Part shown: piece after piece, positions 55,375 to 64,000 of the stretch | Numbering within the stretch: the first letter of the stretch is position 1 | Layout: each line of letters begins with the position of its first letter | From: Paragordius varius | Taxonomy: Eukaryota; Animalia; Nematomorpha | Length of the DNA stretch: 64,000 bases | Assembly: GCA_964247055.1 (NCBI GenBank) | Contig: OZ176050.1 | Span: 12,400,001-12,464,000 of the forward strand | Reading direction: 5' to 3' | Program-made: the position numbers and the translations under genes | Notes under the pieces: model-generated | Databases searched by the model: none | Told to the model about the DNA's origin: nothing | Seen by the model: only the letters and a program-made list of their open reading frames with translations

Positions 55375-58300
55375 CTCACCCACTAAATAATTTATGGATA
55401 ATGGTAAAACAATGATGGAAACGTTAGAAATAATGGGAAATTAAAGCGTAATGCACCAATATCTAATTTTACTTATGTATCTACCTCAATCATTCCTGAT
55501 CCTACATTATATATTAGTCTGGTGTTTAAAATGTATTACTATGAAAAAAAAATCAAAAAGCATTAACTCCAGTTTTCATATATCGGCGAATTTTATAATC
55601 CTTCTGTTAAATCAAAAGATAATTTGATTAATTTAAAGCCTTTTTGGCGTTAGATTCTTATTGCATTATCCCATTTCTGCCAAAACAAAAAAGATGGACA
55701 AAATATTTTTATTACAATGCTTTGTTTCTTAGAATGGATTTTGCTATAAATTGTCCCTAATATGATGGCTTTAATATTTGCTAATGCTTCAAGAGACTCT
55801 ATTGATTTTTTACCTGTATAGTGTTTCTTTAGCTTTCATATTTACCATACAATCTAGAATTTAAGGTACATGCATTTGTTTTTTTTAAACAAAAATATTA
55901 ATTTACATAAAACGTCGTTGGTGTCACATAATATCTCTTAATCTGATTGCATAAGTCATGCCATGTACGTACTTTTGCATACTTTTATTTTTAATTTTCC
56001 ATATTTCTCTCTTTTCTTGCAATGGAAAAAGTAAATGTTGGAAAAGTTTTGAGAGTTCTTAAACTGAATAGGGAGTTTGATTTTTTTGCTATTGTAAAAT
56101 GGTAAATTACAGAAGTATTTTTCTATGAACAATTGTTAGAGTCCAAGAATCCTCTAAGTCGCTTTACAAATAATCTCAGGCTAAAACTCAGTTTTATGTT
56201 CAATCTTTCAGTTTAATTTCCTGAAATTTTAATGATTTATATTACTGCATTGTTACGAAATTGCAAAATTGGATATAAAAACCCCAAGTGTCAGATAGTT
56301 GGTCGCACTGATGGATGCTAACAAGCCAAAATTAGTCTGCGATTACTATTGACAAATGATTTTACTTCTTTTTTTTTCTTCGAAACTTTAATTTTCAGTT
56401 AAAACATAGTTGAATTTTTGTTGCTAACCTTATTTCATGGATTTTAAAATTTTCTGCCTTTCTTAATTTGATAGAGATGAGATAGGTTTTAAATATTTTA
56501 ACCATATATAAAATAATTTGAATATAACCATATCTCACATTGTTTTTGCATATATTATTCATATGATGCAAATCGTATTATAATAAACAGAGACTGTTTT
56601 TACTCAACATTTTATTATGTGACAGTTTCATACTTTTTTTATCTGTTATTAAACGAAAACCACCATATAAGTTATAAAAAAAGAGTAACGGATAACCTTG
56701 AAGTTATTTAATATTATCAAACAACCAACTAACTATTGATAATTGAATAAATTTATGATTAATCAATATTTATAATTATATAATAATCAAAACAACCATG
56801 GCAACAGGTCTTCTTTGATCAAAACGTTTTGATAATACAGAATAAGGGAAATAATTTTGGTTATAAGGTCCTTTAAATAGATAATTTAAAGCAAATATTT
56901 TTTTCTAAATTGTCCAATATATATATATTATGCTCGAAAATATAAAACCTAGTTTAGATACCTTATCTTTATTTACCGATTAAAAACACTTTCTAGCTCA
57001 TAAAAATACGCCTGTTTACTGTATTTATTTGGATGTCACAGTTTTTTGCTCTAACTAAGTTTAAACTGCCTAACTACCATTTTTGTATTACATTGTTATT
57101 TAAATTTTGGAAGTGGAATATATATATATTTTTATTAAATAAAATTCAACCATTTTCCAACTTCTATTCTATCATTGTTTCTGGTTTTCCTAAAGTGACA
57201 AATGTCCATTATTTTTTATCGATATTATTCGTTTAACCGGTTTAGAGTTTTAATATCAACCAAGCTAAATTCATATTATAGCATGTATAAAAAGAATGAA
57301 AATACATAACTTTCATCTTTTTATGTGCTTTGCTTTGTTTTTAATATACCTTTTCAAATTCTATTGCCTTTGCACACATAACATCAATGGTTAAATTACT
57401 AACCAAATTAAGCAAGAAAAAACAAAAAAGTCCATGCTAACACTTTAAACATAATTTTTTTATCTATTATGCCCCGATTAGTATGAGTAAAAATACATTT
57501 CTAGTTTTTCATTATATATGTTGTCAGATAGCTTTTTCAATAAAGAACAGTATTATTGGATAAAAGCGGCAAGAGAAAGCGAAGAATTGCCATTATATTT
57601 ATATTCAGTACAATCATACTTCTCTATTATATATGCTCTCTGGCAATATTTAGTGAAAACCCAGCAATGTATTGTTATTCATACATACGGTAACAGAGTA
57701 TATTCACATTATTGTTGGCCAATTGTTAATAAACATAAGCGTGTGTTATAAAAAAAATTTTGTCCATAATTAAACAATTTTTTCCTATCCATCTTTCATT
57801 ACTTAGTTTATTTAATTATGGACAAAATCTGTTTTATAACGCACGTTATTGTATCCAAATCCACTAACACCAATATATTAGCACTCATATTGTCTAATTA
57901 CCAATTATTATATACTCTTTACTATATGTATATATTCAATTTAGGGTGAGCGTCTAAGTCATGCCGTAGGTTGTGCTTTCGCCGCGTGTTTGGAACGGAA
58001 ACAGGCACGTGATCGGGCATGTGCCGTCGCTGCAAAGTATGAGGGTGGCCTCAACAAAACCACATTCACACGGTATGGTTCATTTATGAGCAATTCATCA
58101 TCTCCACAACAGCTGACAGCTGTAAAACAGCAGAATATGACGCATTCATCTAATCATCAGCTGCTGCTTGATACCGCTGCCAATCAAAATGCGCACACGA
58201 CAACAAACGGTCACATGACCTCAACCACCACTGCCAAAATCAATGAGCGATGGGCAAACGAAAAGAAGGCAGACGATATTATAGCTCAACAACAACAACA

Positions 58301-60025
58301 GAAGCAGCCATTCTTCTCTTTACTCAAGAATAAACGCCATCTTTTTGGACGAGGTTTCTTCATTATTAAGATTTAAAATGATTAATTTAATGTATAGTAC
58401 GGTTTATATAAACCTTATAGAATTTTTTAAATTGTGTTACTCTTAGATTAAAATTCCACATTTACATATCATATATAATGCGTTTTTCTTTTATTCATAC
58501 CTTATACCATTGACATCAGACTTTATTAATTTTTCGTTTTTAAATTGTGTATACAGAATTAAGCTTGCCAAACGGTGTTCTCATAAATTCACCCCTTCGA
58601 CCTCAGTCTCACAATGAACCTTACAGTAAAAGTTTTGACAAAGCATCCAACACAGCCATTTCTAGCCAAACTAATGCCATGAATGGAAGCGTTGTTGGTG
58701 CCCGACAAAGACCACCCATCAAAATGGATTTACTACGCCAAGCGTCATTCAGGTGCCCACATTTATCCTCAAAAAAAGATTTTTCTCCCTTTAAAAAGCA
58801 ACTTTCACTGCGATTAACTGAATTACCTTCTACGTTAGAGCGCATAGCTTCTTCAAATGAAGGATCTTTGACTAAGACATCACCTCAAAATGTCAACTAT
58901 AATACTCGGAATAATAATGCTAATCATAATAATACTTCATTACTCTTTGAATCTGATTTGGATGAAAACGCCGATACTTTGAGTAATGGCACAAGTTGCC
59001 GAAAAGAATTAGATTTTACAGAAAATGGCCCCCATGCCTTAGGCCGAGATATAAATGAATTATGTAAACAAATTTCGAGCAATTTTCCAATATCTCCGAC
59101 GACCACTAACGTATCACAAACAACGGAACATTCACCTTTGGACCCTTCTCCCCTAGCTTATAATGCAAAAGAACAATATACAACTGAGACGGAATTCCTA
59201 AAAAATCAAAATTTTAATTCATCGAAACCTATTCCTCCAATCATTAATGGTAATAATACCAATTCTCAGCTTTATACAAAGTATGATTCGCCATCTCCCA
59301 CCTTTCAAACTACACATTTACCCAAAAGGAATAAACAACCTCATGCTAATCATCAGTCAAATTCAGCGGTCTATTCTTTGGATTCTATTGATGGAACCCG
59401 TAAATTTGCGCTAGAAAAGCATTCTAATCAAAACATGGGCGAAAAGGGCCACGTCGCCACTCATTATTATAATACTGATAATACTAAGCATAATAATTTT
59501 AATGGAAATGATGCGAATCATGAATCCAAACAACATAATTTTATCATAAACATTCAAAATAATTTATATCATAATAGCAGCAGTGAAAATCATAGTACCA
59601 GCTATAATCACAACCATCAAGGTCATACAAATGGGTCTTCTGGTACATCCGGGCAAATGAATCAGCCATATCATTTCAACAAAACAAATCCCTTTCTCCT
59701 TTCACATCAATACATTGTTCCATCATATAATCATCAACATAGGAATGAGGGGGAGCCGTATGACATGAAACCCAAAAATTTACATTCACACAATATTGGT
59801 GTCATTCGAAAAGAATATTATCATGCTCAAAATAATGGCGGTGACTATAACATTAATAATAATAAAAGATCAACAGCTGATTTTGTACCCTTGAAACGAG
59901 CAGACGATGAACAAATGATTGGTGCATCAGTACCTTTGAATGGGTTTTATGTCACGAGACCTTTTTCACGTGCTACAACTAATCCATTTCTCATTCCCGT
60001 AACTAATATAGGCTCACCCTCATAA
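51454..60025 (+). CDS. numb: Numb endocytic adaptor (PTB domain, NUMB domain, NPF motifs). Main exons 51454-51603, 51686-51757, 51837-51914, 54478-54618, 57945-58353, 58557-60025; about 772 aa
   Basis: [33 protein letters not shown]|[24 protein letters not shown]|[26 protein letters not shown]|[41 protein letters not shown]..|[24 protein letters not shown]-domain motif [28 protein letters not shown] and two NPF motifs. The 58354 donor (gtttct) is weak but phase-compatible. Confidence 0.95.
51984..52061 (+). CDS. numb: Putative alternative (mutually exclusive-type) numb exon 3b, 78 nt, [26 protein letters not shown]
   Basis: Long pyrimidine tract plus ttag acceptor and perfect gtaagt donor; phase 0/0; same length as exon 3 (51837-51914). 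Residue pattern [16 protein letters not shown] aligns without gaps to [16 protein letters not shown]. Confidence 0.75.
52787..52820. repeat. (TA)n microsatellite in numb intron 3
   Basis: Direct reading. Confidence 0.9.
54031..54312. mobile_element. MITE family A copy in numb intron 3
   Basis: TACAGAAATACGGACAAAGCG..AAGACAGATATTT ... AAGTATGGTTG..TTTTTACTGT. Confidence 0.75.
55038..55082 (+). CDS. numb: Putative 45-nt numb cassette exon, [15 protein letters not shown]
   Basis: aaatag acceptor after a T-rich tract and AAG|gtaagt donor; phase 0/0, stop-free, and GC-richer than the surrounding intron. Confidence 0.5.
55342..55372. repeat. (TA)n microsatellite in numb intron 4
   Basis: Direct reading. 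Confidence 0.9.
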
Positions 60026-62078
60026 TTATTTTGAATAGAGATTTAATTTGTTTTAGCATTAAAGGGTATAGAGTTTGATCGTATTACTGCCCAATTAACT
60101 CTTGAAAATCTTATAGAATTGCAAACATAGTTTTTGAGGCTCAATCCATTTTCCTTCTATTCTCAAGTGAACATTCCAACAAAAGATGCATAAATTATTT
60201 CGCTTCAATTGATTTTATTGCCGCTGCTTTACATATTTTTTATTAAAAAAATTTGGTATATAGAGTATAGTTTACATTGTAGTTTAAAATTTACATAAAT
60301 TTATACCATATCATATTTATATTATTTTGCTGTAAATTACTAATTTTATACCTGTATATATGTAAATATTAAATTATTAATATATTACCATATATATAAT
60401 GAGTTGCTACCACTAATTCACAAGGTTAAAACTGTTAAGCTAACATATCCCTATTTATCATTCCGACATCAATATAATCTTTACGAAATTTATAATTTTC
60501 TTTTATTATAATGTTATATTTTTAATGTATAAACATATATTTTTATTATATAAAACGATTTATCTTTTAAAATAAAACTTATAATACTGGGACAGACTAT
60601 CAAATTTTGTAATTATACATTATTTATTTATTTTGTACATTCAGACCCGTTTCCATGTATTTTTTTGTATATAAGCATTAAACCCATATATGCTTAATAA
60701 ATATTTAGATTTCTAAATTGAAATATCAAAGTTGAATTTTCAGTTAGTAAACCTGTGCACCAAACAGAAAATTATAACTTCGATATTTATTATCCATATT
60801 TATCAGCTATATATTATAAAAAAATAAAGACGATTTATAGAGGGCTATTGATTTCAAACCTAATCGATGACAACAGCGGCTCATTGGCCTGGTTTGAATT
60901 TGCAATTTTAATTTGTATGATTCAATCCAAATTAAAGAGACATGCAAATTGTAAAATTAATGAGTCAATCAGATAAATCCCTTTATTACCATAAAAATAA
61001 AAAATATATTGATTGCAAATATTGGTTATCCGCTACGCTATAAATGCCCTAAAAGAACGACTCTTTCGAAGCAGCTTTTAATTCCATTAAAACTTTAAAG
61101 ACAGTCGATAATCCCACATAAAAATTTATTTGAAATTAACTGCCAGTCGTCGTCTTGTACATCCGCAAAATAAGCAAAAATTTTATATTTTTTGGAAAGA
61201 TAAACGTCCCAAATAGATATGAGCTCACCGGAAAACATATGGTGAATTTAACATTTCTTACTTTATTTTATTTGTCCGCTATGACATTTTGGGGTAGTTA
61301 CCCTAGAGCTCGAAGTAAAAAATTAATTTTTGAAAGTTGTTTTGGTTAAAATTTAATTAGCCAACCCCTTTTTTTATATTAGATAAAAAACTTATAATTA
61401 TTCAGATTGCTCTAAACACGATTAAAACAGCTCATATTAAAATCGATAAATATCAAATTTCTGGTAAATTGCGAAGGCATTTTGAAGTTAATTGTTTGCA
61501 TTTTTAACCATAAAATACAGTTATATGCGTTCGGTTAATTACCCCAAAAGGTCATGAAGTGTTAAAGTGTATGTTAAATTAATTGCTTTTTTAATGTACT
61601 TTTGTTTAGTAATCTGTGTTAAATGTGGATGGATTTTGGGATTCGATAATCTTTAACGAAATCTCTGACACTGATATTGTTATAATTATATCGATAAAAA
61701 ATTTAGCATATGAAATAATTTGGTTATGAAAAATCCATTTTTAAGTTTATTAATTTAAACATTTTATGGCCTAATAGGGTTGTTTTATATCTGCTAACGA
61801 TTTATTTGAATAATATTTAAGGTATTACGGCGAATTTTAAAATATTTCTGCCTTTTAAGTGCATAATACAATTTTTTTTCAAAAAATCATCATCTCAAAC
61901 TTATTTGCCGCCATTTTTTTCTTCAATTTATTTACGTCGATATACAATTGGCAAACAACGTGTATGATGGAAATAAAGATTAAATTTACTTTAGTAAGCT
62001 TTTAGGTTACTGTTAAAAGGGTTATCATCATACGCAAATTATCCTTCTCTTTTTTAGTGCATAATACACTTTGGTCCT

Positions 62079-64000
62079 TGTTACGTTAAAAATATATATT
62101 ACCTTGGTTGTGAATGCAAATTATTTTATTTATACTTATTATCTTTAACAACGTTTAAACCACACAACTATCCTTGTGAATGCAATAACCAAATTTCCTA
62201 ATGTATATAAGGAATCATTGTAACACACAGAACACATTATATTATATTATTCGATTTTGATGTTATACTAAATAAATAAATATATCCTTTATAATTTATA
62301 TTAACTATTTGTCAACTGGCGCGGCTATTCGAGGCTATGGAAAAAATTAATTTATCATGTTTTAATCCAAATGTTGAGTTTACAAATTATATTACATATA
62401 TTAAACGCAATTTGGAGGTCAAGAATGTCGCAGCCACCGATGAAAATATGAAAGCATGTTTGTTGGCTTTCGGAGGAATCGAAAATATTAATAAAATTGA
62501 AAATTATTTCTATCCACAAGCAATAGACGACATACCATTCCCAGATCTATTAAACGCCGGTATAAAAATCTTCTCCCCCTCAAGGAATATTTTTTCGTCG
62601 CGTTTTGATTTAATTAAAATGAAGAGGGGGAGAATGGAAACGTTCACAGAATTCCTGTTAAGAGTTAAACAAATGGCCATCCACTGCCGGTTCTCGTCAA
62701 ACATTGACGAGCACATCAGAGATGTATTCATCGCCGGGTTAGACGAGCAAGCCGTGGAAATGGAACTATTCACACGGTTCCCAGAAGCTTTAGAAAACGG
62801 GGCTCCCGTTTCTCTAAATACGGTGGTAAATATTGCCTTATCACATGAAAAGGCACGAGATGGACTAACGAATACAGAAGTGCTGTCCATCAATATTGAT
62901 AATGATAATAAAAGTAACAATAATAAGAACCACAGTAGTAATGGTGAAATAAACGAAATAGCCACACTTCACCAATCAAAGAGCAGCCATAGTAATAATA
63001 ACCGACGAACCTGCACAAAATGTGGGACGACTCATACGTTGGGACATTGCCCTGCCTATGGGAAAGAATGTTATAGATGCCATCGTTCAAACCACTTTGC
63101 TCGATGTTGTAAGGTAGTGTTTAAAGCATATTCCCTTTTTAATAAGACAAAAAAACCCCAAATTGTTCCTAAAATAAATAATATTCCTATTGAAATGATT
63201 TTTGATACGGGTGCCGATATTTCAATTATAAATTATAAAAACTGGTGCCGTCTCGGCAAGCCAGCACTAGATTTTGATAACAATAATATTTTCATACATG
63301 CATACAATAATAATCGTATAAAAACATTAGGTAAATGCAAATTACAAATTGAATTAGATAAAAGAACGCACATTCTAGAGTGCTTTATTATAAACAACAA
63401 CTTACCATCAATATTTGGAATAGACTGGATAAAACAATTTAATTTAAAATTACCCAATCATGTAATAATAAATAACTTATCTTCATATGATATATATAAC
63501 AAATTTAGCAAGTTATTTTCTGAGGGCCTTGGTTGCTGGAAGGGCGACCCGATTAAAGTATTTTTAAGTAATAATAATTGTGGTAGAATTTTTCCAAGTA
63601 GAAGGGTGCCACTATCATTACAAAGCAAAGTGGAGGATGAGCTAAATAGATTGGTAAAACTGGATATAATTGAACCTGTTGATCCAAAAAAGACTAGAAT
63701 CGTTTGGTCCAGCCCTACTGTAAATATTATAAAACCTAATAAAGAGCTTAGAATATGCGCGGATTTTAAAATAAGTATAAATCCACACATAAAACCGCCG
63801 CAATACATAATCCCAACCTTTGACGACCTCATCTCAAAAATTTCCTTCGGCAAATCTTTCTCGACACTAGATTTGAAAGACGCCTATTTTCAAATTCCAG
63901 TAGACCCAGATAGTCAGCACTTACTAACAATTTCGACACATAAGGGGTTTTATAAGTATAAACGATTGCCTTTCGGGTTGAATTGCGCCCCAAGTTTCTT
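62079..64000 (+). mobile_element. Ty3/gypsy (Mag/K02A2.6-like) LTR retrotransposon, 5' part
   Basis: Putative 5' LTR TGTTACG...TTTGTCA (62079-62314; start inferred) containing AATAAA, followed by PBS TGGCGCGGCT at 62317 and then the gag-pol ORF. Confidence 0.88.
62337..64000 (+). CDS. Gag-Pol polyprotein (gag, zinc knuckles, aspartic protease, start of RT); open through the window end
   Basis: 554 uninterrupted codons from ATG 62337: CTKCGTTH..GHCPAYGKECYRCHRSNHFARCC, protease IFDTGADISII, RT WSSPTV..KPNKELRICADFK, LDLKDAYFQI..HKGFYKYKRLPFGL. It is absent from the ORF track because there is no stop in the window. Confidence 0.93.
   Translation, partial: MEKINLSCFNPNVEFTNYITYIKRNLEVKNVAATDENMKACLLAFGGIENINKIENYFYPQAIDDIPFPDLLNAGIKIFSPSRNIFSSRFDLIKMKRGRMETFTEFLLRVKQMAIHCRFSSNIDEHIRDVFIAGLDEQAVEMELFTRFPEALENGAPVSLNTVVNIALSHEKARDGLTNTEVLSINIDNDNKSNNNKNHSSNGEINEIATLHQSKSSHSNNNRRTCTKCGTTHTLGHCPAYGKECYRCHRSNHFARCCKVVFKAYSLFNKTKKPQIVPKINNIPIEMIFDTGADISIINYKNWCRLGKPALDFDNNNIFIHAYNNNRIKTLGKCKLQIELDKRTHILECFIINNNLPSIFGIDWIKQFNLKLPNHVIINNLSSYDIYNKFSKLFSEGLGCWKGDPIKVFLSNNNCGRIFPSRRVPLSLQSKVEDELNRLVKLDIIEPVDPKKTRIVWSSPTVNIIKPNKELRICADFKISINPHIKPPQYIIPTFDDLISKISFGKSFSTLDLKDAYFQIPVDPDSQHLLTISTHKGFYKYKRLPFGLNCAPSF

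Noticed and set aside
55833-55865. 33-nt in-frame ag..gt segment ([11 protein letters not shown]) in numb intron 4
   Set aside because: The donor is mediocre (gtacat) and there is no compositional or homology support; such segments are expected by chance in AT-rich introns.
1-64000. CRISPR array, rRNA or tRNA genes, prokaryotic operons
   Set aside because: No regularly spaced repeat-spacer array or tRNA/rRNA signature was seen; the gene structure is spliceosomal and eukaryotic.

Overview
This is very AT-rich eukaryotic (invertebrate animal) genomic DNA, not prokaryotic; no CRISPR array, rRNA or tRNA gene was seen. I reconstructed four spliced protein-coding genes by hand from GT-AG sites and reading-frame phases. 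They are a neuroligin-like catalytically dead carboxylesterase-fold adhesion protein (+, 4680-18137, 6 coding exons), a kekkon-like LRR-Ig-TM receptor (-, 37859-26952, 3 exons), TRAPPC13 (-, 51356-46558, 11 short exons mostly missed by the ORF track) and numb (+, 51454-60025). TRAPPC13 and numb are head-to-head with only 97 nt between start codons. Transposons fill much of the rest: three decayed mariner copies, a hAT element with a perfect 8-bp TSD, several MITE families, and the 5' part of an uninterrupted Ty3/gypsy gag-pol that runs off the window end. The most notable observations concern splicing. Numb has a duplicated, same-length (78-nt), strongly diverged PTB-domain exon that looks like a mutually exclusive pair, plus a candidate 45-nt PTB cassette exon. 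TRAPPC13 appears to have 25-nt and 27-nt GT-AG introns. Family assignments rest on remembered motifs; no database search was run.
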